NCBI GenBank assembly: GCA_025361885.1
Contig: JANYJF010000032.1
Coordinates: forward strand, 1 to 57,252
Direction of reading: 5' to 3'
Source of the DNA: Coriobacteriia bacterium
GTDB taxonomy: Bacteria > Actinomycetota > Coriobacteriia > Anaerosomatales > PALSA-660
DNA length: 57,252 nt
The first letter of the stretch is position 1; each line of letters starts with the position of its first letter. A program made the position numbers and the translations under genes. Shown piece after piece: positions 47,231-56,143 of this stretch. Below the pieces are notes generated by a model. It made no database searches. It saw only the letters and a program-made list of their open reading frames with translations, and was not told the origin of the DNA.

Positions 47231-48079
47231 TCAGCCCCGCAGGAAGGTGTCGCGAAGTACCCGGTGGAAGTGCCGGCCGTCGAGCCGCACAAGCGTGACG
47301 TCTCGCGCGTCGCGTCGCACGGTCACGCGGTCGAGGGTGCTGCGGCACGGGACGGTGTCACCATCGACGACCACGCAGGCATCCGAGCGCGCCGGGTCTC
47401 CGAACACCAGATCGACGACCTCGTCGGGGCCCAGGAGCAGCGGCCGAGCGCGCAGAGTGTGTGCGGCGACGGGCACCAGCAGCATCCCGCTCGCGCGGGG
47501 CGACATGATCGGGCCGCCCGCGGAGAGCGCGTAGGCGGTCGACCCTGTGGCGGTGGCCACGATGACTCCATCGCAGACGTAGCGCGTGAGTTCCTCGCCT
47601 GCGACGTTGATGGTCACCTCGACCGCGCGATGGGCTGAGCCGCGACCGACGTAGACCTCGTTGAGTGCCCGGTACTCGCCCGCGGACCTGCCACCGACCG
47701 TGACACTGCCCGCCAGCGTCATGCGCCGCTCGAGCGTGCCCTCACCGGCGAGCGCAGCGTCCACCGAGCCGGCCGGGTCGGAGCCATCCGCACCCGACAG
47801 AAAGCCGAGCCTGCCCAGGTTCAGACCGAGGATGGGGACGTCGGCGCCACCGAGCACGTGGACGGTCTTGAGGATCGTCCCGTCCCCGCCCAGCGCGACG
47901 GCAAGGTCCGGGACGCCCAGGTCCGCGATGGACACCGCGCGCTCGTCGAGACCGGCCGCCAGCGCGTCGCCGTCGGTGAGCACCGGCGTGTGGCCGCGCA
48001 CGTCGAGATGCGAGACAAGCTCGCGCGTCGCGTCGAGCGCGCGCGCATTGCCGATGTTGGGGACGAGCAGGACTCGCAT
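47231..48079 (-). CDS. nadK: NAD(+) kinase
   Basis: LGGDGTIL, NLGRLGFL, ALNE, DGVIVATATGSTAYALSAGGP. Confidence 0.96.
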   Translation of the reverse strand: MRVLLVPNIGNARALDATRELVSHLDVRGHTPVLTDGDALAAGLDERAVSIADLGVPDLAVALGGDGTILKTVHVLGGADVPILGLNLGRLGFLSGADGSDPAGSVDAALAGEGTLERRMTLAGSVTVGGRSAGEYRALNEVYVGRGSAHRAVEVTINVAGEELTRYVCDGVIVATATGSTAYALSAGGPIMSPRASGMLLVPVAAHTLRARPLLLGPDEVVDLVFGDPARSDACVVVDGDTVPCRSTLDRVTVRRDARDVTLVRLDGRHFHRVLRDTFLRG

Positions 48080-48088
48080 GCGGGATGA

Positions 48089-48883
48089 TCAGCCTCCAAG
48101 TACCTCGCGGGCGGCAGCGACGACGGTCTCGGGCGTGTCACCCGTGGCCTCGCCGCTGCCGGCCAGCCATATCCAGAACTCGATATTACCCTCAGGCCCC
48201 TTGAGCGGCGAGAACGTCATGCCGCGGACGACCCAGCCCAGTTCCGCCGCCGCGACCGAGACCGCGCGCAGGACATCCGTGTGCACCTCGGGATCGCGCA
48301 CCACGCCGTGTTTTCCCACACGGCCCTTACCCGCTTCGAACTGGGGCTTGACCAAGGCCACGACCTGCGAGGACTCGTCGAGTTGCTCGCGGACGTGCGG
48401 CAGCACCTTCACCAGTGCGATGAACGACACGTCAATTACCGCCATATCGAACGGTGCGCCCGGTAGAGGTCCTTCGACGGAGCGGATGTTGGTCCTCTCC
48501 AGCACCGTCACCCGCGGATCCGTGCGAAGCGCCCACGCCAGTTGACCGTATCCCACGTCGACGGCCGTGACGGACGCGGCGCCGCGCTGAAGCACGCAGT
48601 CGGTGAACCCGCCGGTCGAGGCGCCGACATCTATGACGCGCAGCCCGGCCGGCTGTATGCCGAACGTGTCCAGAGCTCCTGCCAGCTTGAGCCCGCCACG
48701 CGAGACGTACTGCTGGCGGGGCGTGACCTCGAAGACGGTCCCCTCTTCGACCTGCTGGCCGGCCTTCGTGACCGGCTGGTCGCCGATCCTCACATCACCG
48801 GCAAGGATCGCGGCGCGGGCACGTTCGCGCGACGCGAACACGCCCGACTCAACGAGTGCTGCGTCGGCCCTGATGCGTCCCAT
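48089..48883 (-). CDS. tlyA: TlyA family rRNA 2'-O-methyltransferase
   Basis: S4-like N-terminus, YVSRGGLKL, DVGASTGGFTD, DVGYGQL, DVSFI, LVKPQFE, GNIEF. Confidence 0.96.
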   Translation of the reverse strand: MGRIRADAALVESGVFASRERARAAILAGDVRIGDQPVTKAGQQVEEGTVFEVTPRQQYVSRGGLKLAGALDTFGIQPAGLRVIDVGASTGGFTDCVLQRGAASVTAVDVGYGQLAWALRTDPRVTVLERTNIRSVEGPLPGAPFDMAVIDVSFIALVKVLPHVREQLDESSQVVALVKPQFEAGKGRVGKHGVVRDPEVHTDVLRAVSVAAAELGWVVRGMTFSPLKGPEGNIEFWIWLAGSGEATGDTPETVVAAAREVLGG

Positions 48884-50783
48884 CGCCTGCGCCCTTCTTC
48901 TCGCGAACGCTGGCCAGCCTGCCGACGACCGCATCCCGCACGGCCGGGGCGGTGAGCCCGACGTCGGAGAGCAGCTTGGGTGTGGCACCGTGCGTCACGA
49001 AGCAGTCCGGGACGCCGAGGTGCAGGATCGGAGTGGACAGCTCGAGGTCGGACCCCGCCTCGAGCACTGCCGCACCGAAGCCGCCGAGTGCCGTGTTCTC
49101 CTCGAGGGTTACGATGAGGTCGTGTCCCTCGGCCGCCCAGGTGATCGCCTCGAGGTCCAAGGGCTTGACCCATCGCATGTTGACGACCGAGGCGGACACG
49201 CCCCGCTCGGCCAGCAGCGCGGCCGCCGCCTCAGCGGTCGCCGTCATGCGCCCGATCGCGAGCAGCGCCACGTCGCGACCCTCGGAGCGCACCTGCGCCC
49301 GGCCGGCCTCGAGCACGGTCGGCGTCACGGGCAGCGGGACACCGGCGCCCCTGCCGCGCGGGTATCGGATGGCCACCGGTCCGTCGGCGACCAGCGCCGT
49401 GTGCAGCATGTCGACGAGCTCGGCTTCGTCGGCGGGCGCCATGATCATCAGGTTCGGTATCGCGCGAAGGTAGGTCAGGTCGAACACGCCATGGTGCGTC
49501 GGCCCGTCCTCGCCTACCAACCCCGCTCGATCCAGGCAGAACACGACGTGGAGGTCCTGCAGGCACACGTCCATGATGATCTGGTCGAAAGCCCGCTGCA
49601 GGAATGTCGAATAGACGGCCACGACGGGGATGCGACCACCGACGGCCAGACCCGCGGCCAGCCCGACGGCGTGCTGCTCCGCGATCCCCACGTCGTAGAA
49701 CCGGTCCGGGAAGGTCTTCGAGAACGCGTCGAGCCCGGTGCCTGTGGGCATCGCGGCGGTGATCGCACAGATCCGGTCGTCGCGCGCGGCCTCGGCAACC
49801 AGAGAGGCGCCGAACACATCTGTGAACGACGGCGCTCCGGGCGTGCCGTTGACCTTCCCTGACTCGATCTCGAACGGCGCGACGCCGTGGAACAGGTCAG
49901 GGTTCTGCTCGGCGTGGGAGTAGCCCTGGCCCTTGTGCGTGACGGCGTGGATCAGGACTGGGCCGCCCGCGTTGCGTGCCCAGGTGACCGCGTCCTGGAC
50001 CTGCTGCACGTCGTGCCCGTTGATCGGCCCCACGTACTTCCAGCCGAGCTCCTCGAAGAGCATGCCAGGAACGACGAGCTGCTTGAACGACTGCTTGGCG
50101 GCCTCGCCGGCGGCGACCATCGCGGCACCTACACCGGGGATGCGAGCGACCTTGGACTCCACGTCGTCGCGAAGGCGCCGATAACGCGCGTCGAGCCGGA
50201 CGCGGCCAAGATACGAAGCGAGCGCCCCGACGTTCTCCGAGATCGACATCTCGTTGTCGTTGAGGATCACGGTGAGGTCCACGCCAAGGTGGCCGGCGTG
50301 GTTGAGTCCCTCGAACGACATACCGCCGGTCATGGAACCGTCGCCTATCACGGCTACCACCTGCTCGTCGCCGCCGACGTCATCGCGGGCGCACGCCATC
50401 CCGAGCGCCACAGAGATGGAGTTGGAGGCGTGCCCTGTGTCGAACACGTCGTACTGAGACTCGCTGCGCTTGGGGAATCCGCACACGCCCCCGTACTGGC
50501 GCAGCGTCGTGAAGCGCTCCAGACGACCCGTGAGCAGCTTGTAGACGTACGACTGGTGGCCCACGTCGAAGATGACCTTGTCGTGAGGCACGTCGAGCGC
50601 GCGCAGCAGTCCGAGCGTCAGCTCGACGACCCCGAGGTTGGGGGCCAGATGACCTCCCGTGACGGAGACCGTCTCGATGAGTGTCCGGCGGATGTCCGCC
50701 GCCAGCGCGACGAGCTGGTCGTCGTCCAGCGGTTTGAGATCCTGGGGGGTCAGTATGGATGCGAGGACGTGCTTATCGCTCAA
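48849..50783 (-). CDS. dxs: 1-deoxy-D-xylulose-5-phosphate synthase
   Basis: GGHLAPNLGVVEL, DVGHQSY, GDGSMTGG...NDN TPP motif, DVGIAEQH, YSTFLQR, GEDGPTHHG. TTG start. Confidence 0.98.
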   Translation of the reverse strand: MSDKHVLASILTPQDLKPLDDDQLVALAADIRRTLIETVSVTGGHLAPNLGVVELTLGLLRALDVPHDKVIFDVGHQSYVYKLLTGRLERFTTLRQYGGVCGFPKRSESQYDVFDTGHASNSISVALGMACARDDVGGDEQVVAVIGDGSMTGGMSFEGLNHAGHLGVDLTVILNDNEMSISENVGALASYLGRVRLDARYRRLRDDVESKVARIPGVGAAMVAAGEAAKQSFKQLVVPGMLFEELGWKYVGPINGHDVQQVQDAVTWARNAGGPVLIHAVTHKGQGYSHAEQNPDLFHGVAPFEIESGKVNGTPGAPSFTDVFGASLVAEAARDDRICAITAAMPTGTGLDAFSKTFPDRFYDVGIAEQHAVGLAAGLAVGGRIPVVAVYSTFLQRAFDQIIMDVCLQDLHVVFCLDRAGLVGEDGPTHHGVFDLTYLRAIPNLMIMAPADEAELVDMLHTALVADGPVAIRYPRGRGAGVPLPVTPTVLEAGRAQVRSEGRDVALLAIGRMTATAEAAAALLAERGVSASVVNMRWVKPLDLEAITWAAEGHDLIVTLEENTALGGFGAAVLEAGSDLELSTPILHLGVPDCFVTHGATPKLLSDVGLTAPAVRDAVVGRLASVREKKGAGDGTHQGRRSTR

Positions 50784-50944
50784 GGAGCGTTCATCTCCCG
50801 ATTCGCATTTCCGTGCACGCGCGGTGGCGTGAGCCCAAAGCGCAGTCGAAGCATAGTACCCGTGCCGGCACCCCTCAAGGTGCGCGGCCGTTGCGTCACC
50901 GCCCTGTCACCCCGCACCATCCGCGGCACCCGAGGCGTGTCCGG

Positions 50945-51319
50945 TCAGCTCCGCTCGTCGTCCTCCTGAGGCTCGTCGACGACGCCACCGCGCAACTCGT
51001 ACTCCTCGATCGTGACCTCTTCGATGATGCCGCCGTCCGGCAGCTCCTCGATCGTGACCGTCTCGACGACGATCGCGTCGCCCGCATCCGGCCCGGAGTC
51101 CTCCCCCTCGCGGGACCCCTCGCCCTCGGCGGCGGCGGCCTCGAGTGTGGACCGCCACTGCTTGGCGTCGATCAGCTCGGTGCACTGGTTGGCCAGGCGC
51201 ACGCCCTCTTCGAGCAGGTCGAGGCTCTTCTCAAGGCTCGTGTCCTTCTTGCGGACCTCGGTCGCGATCTGCTCGAGCCTCACGCGGGCGGAATCGAACG
51301 TGTACACGTCGTCGCTCAT
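50945..51319 (-). CDS. xseB: Exodeoxyribonuclease VII small subunit with acidic C-terminal extension
   Basis: TFDSARVRLEQIATEV...SLEKSLDLLEEGVRLANQC. Lies between nusB and dxs. Confidence 0.8.
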   Translation of the reverse strand: MSDDVYTFDSARVRLEQIATEVRKKDTSLEKSLDLLEEGVRLANQCTELIDAKQWRSTLEAAAAEGEGSREGEDSGPDAGDAIVVETVTIEELPDGGIIEEVTIEEYELRGGVVDEPQEDDERS

Positions 51320-51747
51320 GCTGATTCTCCGTGGGTGGCTGCCTCGCGGGTGCGCTCCTCGGACAATCTACCGAGGATGCCGTTCACGAACTTGGACGAG
51401 TCGTCGGTGCCGTAGATCTTCGCCATCTCGACCGCCTCATTGATCGAGACCGAGTCGGGGATGTCGTCTTGGAACATGAGCTCGTAGACGGCGATCCGCA
51501 GGATGTTGCGGTCCACGAGCGGCATGCGGGACAGTGTCCAGTTCTCGGAGATCGACTCGATGGTCGCGTCGATGATGGTCTGATGCGATTCGACCCCCAT
51601 CAGCAGTTCGCGGCAGAACTCTGTCGGCTCGCCGTCCTCGCCGCTGAACGTGCCTGTGGCCAAGATGCCCGACAGGGTCTCGTCGGTGATCTCACGCTGG
51701 TAGAGGATGTGAAGCGCCTGATGGCGCGCGCGGCGTCTCTCGAGCAT
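51316..51747 (-). CDS. nusB: Transcription antitermination factor NusB
   Basis: RRRARHQALHILYQ, WTLSRMPLVDRNILR, INEAVEMAK, FVNGILG. Confidence 0.97.
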   Translation of the reverse strand: MLERRRARHQALHILYQREITDETLSGILATGTFSGEDGEPTEFCRELLMGVESHQTIIDATIESISENWTLSRMPLVDRNILRIAVYELMFQDDIPDSVSINEAVEMAKIYGTDDSSKFVNGILGRLSEERTREAATHGESA

Positions 51748-51786
51748 GGTGGTGGTGTCGCTGCTTCCTGTTGGTCGCGTGGTGCG

Positions 51787-52149
51787 CTATGCGGGAAAGG
51801 TGATCCCGTCGATGAACACGTCGACGGTATCGGCCTTGGTGCCGGTCTGGCTGACGAGCGCCTCGTAGACAGCCGTCTGGACGGACTCCGCGATGTGTCG
51901 GAGCGGCTGGCCGTACTCGACCGACACATGCACGCTCACGGCCAGTAGACCCGCCTCATCGACGCACAGCTCCACGCCCTTGGCGCCCTGCTTGGACATC
52001 AGGCCTGCGAGGCCCGGGGTGGTGACAGCGGCGACGCCTTCTACGGACTCCGTCGCCAGCACGACGATGGTCTCGAGCACTCCGGGGGCCAGGTCGACTC
52101 CCTCGAGGCGCAACTCGCTGCACGCGGTGTTCTCTCTAGTCTTCGCCAT
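51787..52149 (-). CDS. Asp23/Gls24 family protein (YqhY-like)
   Basis: LAPGVLETIV..ATESVEGV, VSVEYG, VQTAV, VDVFIDGI. Lies between accC and nusB as yqhY does. Confidence 0.85.
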   Translation of the reverse strand: MAKTRENTACSELRLEGVDLAPGVLETIVVLATESVEGVAAVTTPGLAGLMSKQGAKGVELCVDEAGLLAVSVHVSVEYGQPLRHIAESVQTAVYEALVSQTGTKADTVDVFIDGITFPA

Positions 52150-53512
52150 GACCGTCCTCGTTGCCGAAGATGTGCGTGTCGACGAAGTCAGTATAGACCT
52201 CGCCGCGCTGGAAGTATTCGTTCTCGACGACCCGCTGGTGGAACGGGATCGTCGTCGGGATACCCACGATGATGAACTCGTCGAGCGCGCGCCGGGCACG
52301 GTTGATCGCCTCGTAGCGCGTCTCACCCCACACGATGAGCTTTCCGAGCAAAGAGTCGTACGTCGGCGGCACATGGTAGCCGGAGTACAGGTGGCTGTCG
52401 ACGCGAACGCCCAATCCACCGGGTGCGTTGAAGATCTCGACCTTGCCGGGATGCGGTCGGAAGTCGTGCTCCGTATCCTCGGCGTTTATGCGGAACTCGA
52501 TCGCGTGGCCGCGGATCTCGATGTCGGACTGGTCGGGGTGGCGCATCGGCCTGCCTGCGGCGATGCGGATCTGCTCCTTGATGATGTCCACGCCCGTGAC
52601 GGCCTCGGTCACAGGGTGCTCGACCTGCACCCGGGTGTTCATCTCCATGAAGTAGAACGTGCCGTCGGTGTCGAGGAGGAACTCGACGGTGCCGGCATTG
52701 ACGTAGTCTACCGCCCGGACGGCCTTGAGGGCCGCCTCGCCCATCTCCGCCCGCAACTGCGGCGTCAGAGCTGGTGACGGGGACTCCTCGATGAGCTTCT
52801 GGTGGCGCCGCTGCACCGAGCAATCGCGCTCGAACAGATGGATCGCGTTGCCGTGGCTGTCCGCGAGGACTTGGAACTCGATGTGGCGCGGACGAAGGAG
52901 GTACTTCTCGATGTAGACCGTATCGTTGCCGAAAGCGACGGCCGCCTCGGCCTTGGCGGCGTGAAGGTTGCTCACCAAGTCGCCCGGACCTGTCGCGACA
53001 CGCATGCCGCGCCCGCCGCCGCCAGCCGACGCCTTGATCAGAACCGGATAACCGACCTGCTCCGCGAAGGCGAGAGCCTCCTGTTCGGAGGTCACCGCTC
53101 CGTCGGAACCCGGGACGGTGGGCACGCCTGCGGCCATCATGGTGGAGCGCGCCACGGCCTTGTCACCCATGCGTTCGATGGCATCCGGGCTCGGTCCGAT
53201 GAAGGTGATGCCACTGTCGGCGCACGCGCGCGCGAACCCCGCGTTCTCCGCGAGGAACCCGTAGCCCGGATGGATCGCCTGACAGCCCGTCACCAGGGCG
53301 GCGGACACGATGTTCGGCATGTTGAGGTAACTGAGCGCGGACGGCGCGGGACCGATGCACACCGCGCGGTCCGCCATGCGCGCGTGCAGACAGTCACGAT
53401 CGATCTCCGAGTACACGGCGACCGTTTCGATGTCCATCTCACGGCACGCGCGGATGACCCGCAGCGCGATCTCGCCCCGGTTGGCGATAAGGATGCGGTC
53501 GAACTCGCGCAC
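52136..53512 (-). CDS. accC: Biotin carboxylase
   Basis: ILIANRGEIA, HPGYGFLAEN, KASAGGGGRGM, ERDCSVQRRHQK, FMEMNTRVQVEH, YDSLLGK. Confidence 0.97.
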   Translation of the reverse strand: MREFDRILIANRGEIALRVIRACREMDIETVAVYSEIDRDCLHARMADRAVCIGPAPSALSYLNMPNIVSAALVTGCQAIHPGYGFLAENAGFARACADSGITFIGPSPDAIERMGDKAVARSTMMAAGVPTVPGSDGAVTSEQEALAFAEQVGYPVLIKASAGGGGRGMRVATGPGDLVSNLHAAKAEAAVAFGNDTVYIEKYLLRPRHIEFQVLADSHGNAIHLFERDCSVQRRHQKLIEESPSPALTPQLRAEMGEAALKAVRAVDYVNAGTVEFLLDTDGTFYFMEMNTRVQVEHPVTEAVTGVDIIKEQIRIAAGRPMRHPDQSDIEIRGHAIEFRINAEDTEHDFRPHPGKVEIFNAPGGLGVRVDSHLYSGYHVPPTYDSLLGKLIVWGETRYEAINRARRALDEFIIVGIPTTIPFHQRVVENEYFQRGEVYTDFVDTHIFGNEDGHGED

Positions 53513-53515
53513 GCC

Positions 53516-55351
53516 CTACCCCACCGGCTCGTAGTAGAAGAGCACCGCTCCGTAGTCGACCGCCGACGCGTCCTCGGCGACGACCTCGCGGATGACTCCG
53601 GCCTCCGGCGCGTCGATCTCGTTCATCAGCTTCATGGCCTCGAGGATGCACAGCGTCGCGCCTTCTTCGAAGGTGTCGCCGACTTTGACGAACGCCTCGG
53701 AGCCGGGCGAAGACGAGCGGTAGAACGTGCCGACCATCTGCGCTTTGATCTCACGCCACGACGCAGGACGCCCGGACGTGTCCTCGACGGAGACAGCCGA
53801 AGCCGAGACAGGAGCGGACGGATGCGCCGGCGTCTGGACGCTCACGCCACCCTTGCGCACCACGATCTTCGAGCCGTTCTCCTCGACACTGACCTCGGAC
53901 ACGTCGGATGTCTCGACCATCTTGATGAGCTCGCGGATCTGATTGACGTCCACGGATTCGTCCTCCCTGACTGCATTGATCTCTTCGCTCATGAGGAAGA
54001 CCGCCGCTTCGGCGCCCTTCTGGTGCTTGCTCAAGTAGGTGCGGGCCTCGTTGGGGAAGAGCGCGTACATCAGCACATCTTCCTCGCTGTGGGCGAGGTC
54101 TCCGATCTCTGCTTCGACCTCGTCGTACGTCGTGGTGACGAGAGACCCCGGCCGGACATCCTCGGCCAGTGGCTGCTCGTTCCCGAGCACCTTGGCGACT
54201 ATCTCCAGGTCCATCGGTCCCGGCGCTTTGCCGTAGAAGCCCCGGATGTAGTCCTTCATCTCGTTGGGCACGACGCTCCACCGCTTGCCGGTCAGCACGT
54301 TGAGCACGGCCTGCGTGCCCACGATCTGCGACATCGGCGTCACGAGCGGCGGGTAGCCCACCTCCGCGCGGACCTTCGCGATCTCGGCCAGCACGTCCGG
54401 CATCCGGTCCCCGGCCTTCTGGACGTCGAGCTGGCTGATGAGGTTGCTCATCATGCCGCCCGGCACCTGGTGCGAGAAGACCTCCATCTGCAGCATCGTG
54501 GTGATGCCGCGCTTGAGATGCTTGCTCTCGCGCACTGCCTCCCAGTAGTGGGCGATGCGGAACAGCTCGTCGAGGTCGAGACCGGTGTCGTACGGCGACT
54601 CCTTGAGCGCCGCCACGATCATCTCGACGGGCGGCTGGCTGTTGCCGAAGGCGAGCGCCACGGCCGCCGTGTCGACGATGTCGGCACCGGCCTCGATGGC
54701 CTTCAGGTAGTTCATCGGGGCCATGCCGCCGATGTAGTGGCAATGCACGTGGACCGGGAGGCCGATCTCCTCTTTGAGGGCGCGGACCATCTTCTCGGTC
54801 CGGAACGGCGTGAGCATCCCCGCCATGTCCTTGATGCAGATGGTGTCGGAGCCCAGATCCTTGAGCCTGTGCGCGTACTCAAGATAGCTGTCGAGCGTGT
54901 GGACCGGGCTCACGGTGTAGGAGATGGCACCTTCGAAGTGGCCGCCGCACTCCTTGATCGCCGACGCGCTCACCTCGAGGTTGCGGATGTCGTTGAGCGC
55001 GTCGAAGACACGGAAGACGTCGATGCCGTTGCGCTTGGAGGCGTGGACGAACCTGCGGCAGATGTCGTCGGAGTAGTGGTGGTAGCCGACCAGGTTCTGG
55101 CCGCGGAGCAACATCTGCAGGGGAGTCTTCGGGCAGTGGTGCTTGATCGTGCGAAGGCGCTCCCAGGGGTTCTCGTCGAGGAATCGCAGCGCCGCGTCGA
55201 ACGTTGCCCCGCCCCATACCTCCAGCGACCAGTACCCCACGGCGTCCATCGCCGGCAGGATCGGGAGCATGTCGGCGATCTGCATGCGCGTGGCCCAGAG
55301 CGACTGGTGTGCGTCGCGAAGGGTGGTATCTGTGATCGCTACGGGTCGCAT
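53516..55351 (-). CDS. Pyruvate carboxylase subunit B / oxaloacetate decarboxylase alpha-type carboxyltransferase fused to an AccB-type biotin carboxyl carrier
   Basis: DTTLRDAHQSL, EVWGGATFD, MLLRGQN, IKDMAG, HVHCH, HQVPGGMMSNL; C-terminal MVGTFYR...LEAMKLMNEI biotinyl domain. Confidence 0.92.
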   Translation of the reverse strand: MRPVAITDTTLRDAHQSLWATRMQIADMLPILPAMDAVGYWSLEVWGGATFDAALRFLDENPWERLRTIKHHCPKTPLQMLLRGQNLVGYHHYSDDICRRFVHASKRNGIDVFRVFDALNDIRNLEVSASAIKECGGHFEGAISYTVSPVHTLDSYLEYAHRLKDLGSDTICIKDMAGMLTPFRTEKMVRALKEEIGLPVHVHCHYIGGMAPMNYLKAIEAGADIVDTAAVALAFGNSQPPVEMIVAALKESPYDTGLDLDELFRIAHYWEAVRESKHLKRGITTMLQMEVFSHQVPGGMMSNLISQLDVQKAGDRMPDVLAEIAKVRAEVGYPPLVTPMSQIVGTQAVLNVLTGKRWSVVPNEMKDYIRGFYGKAPGPMDLEIVAKVLGNEQPLAEDVRPGSLVTTTYDEVEAEIGDLAHSEEDVLMYALFPNEARTYLSKHQKGAEAAVFLMSEEINAVREDESVDVNQIRELIKMVETSDVSEVSVEENGSKIVVRKGGVSVQTPAHPSAPVSASAVSVEDTSGRPASWREIKAQMVGTFYRSSSPGSEAFVKVGDTFEEGATLCILEAMKLMNEIDAPEAGVIREVVAEDASAVDYGAVLFYYEPVG

Positions 55352-55436
55352 GGCCTGGCACCTGACGTGAAGGATTCGGACTGTCCGGTCATGTGGCCAC
55401 CTTTGGGCGCCGACTCGGCCCGCCGGTGGAACGTCC

Positions 55437-55442
55437 AGTATA
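55437..55442 (-). promoter_or_regulatory. Putative -10 element TATACT upstream of the carboxyltransferase-BCCP gene
   Basis: agtata at 55437-55442 in the efp-carboxylase gap. Confidence 0.4.
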
Positions 55443-55528
55443 GCCGACGACACCCTTGGCGCGCGCCCCTCGCGAGAGGTGCGGCCGCCGGATGCCGCTT
55501 CGAGCAGCGTTGCTGGCGTGACGAAGCG

Positions 55529-56089
55529 CTAGACGCGCGTGATGTAGCTTCCGTCCCGAGTGTCGACTTTGATGTGCTCGCCCGAGTTGACGAACATCGG
55601 GACCATCACCACGGCGCCGGTCTCCAGCGTCGCGGGCTTGCTCCCGCCCTGCACAGTGTCGCCCTTGAATCCCGGCTCGGTCTCGACCACTTCGAGCTCC
55701 ACGAACATCGGAGCCTCGACACCGATCATCTCATCACCGGCGACGAGCACGGTCGCGGTGTCGTTGTCCTTGAGCCACTTCCCCGCCTCGCCGACGAAAT
55801 CGCGAGCCAGGTCGAACTGATCGTACGTGTCGGTGTCCATGAAGTGGAACGCGTCACCGTCGTTGTAGAGGTACTGGAGGTTCTTGGTCTCCATCCGCAC
55901 GTCATCGAGCTTCTCGCCGGCGCGGAAGGTCACGTCCACCACGCGGCCACTCTTGACCTCCTTGAGCTTGGTGCGGACGAACGCGCCGCCCTTGCCCGGC
56001 TTGACGTGCTGGAACTCCACGACGACCCACAGCTTGTCGTTGTAGGAGATGCACATGCCGTTCTTGAGGTTGTTGGTGGAGACGGGCAT
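55529..56089 (-). CDS. efp: Elongation factor P
   Basis: FQHVKPGKGGAFVRTKLK, PGFKGDT, KPATLETG, VDTRDGSY. Confidence 0.98.
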   Translation of the reverse strand: MPVSTNNLKNGMCISYNDKLWVVVEFQHVKPGKGGAFVRTKLKEVKSGRVVDVTFRAGEKLDDVRMETKNLQYLYNDGDAFHFMDTDTYDQFDLARDFVGEAGKWLKDNDTATVLVAGDEMIGVEAPMFVELEVVETEPGFKGDTVQGGSKPATLETGAVVMVPMFVNSGEHIKVDTRDGSYITRV

Positions 56090-56143
56090 ACCTTCAACGT
56101 CCTTCCATGCAGCGCGAGGCCGTCGGGCGCCGCGGCGGGTGTC

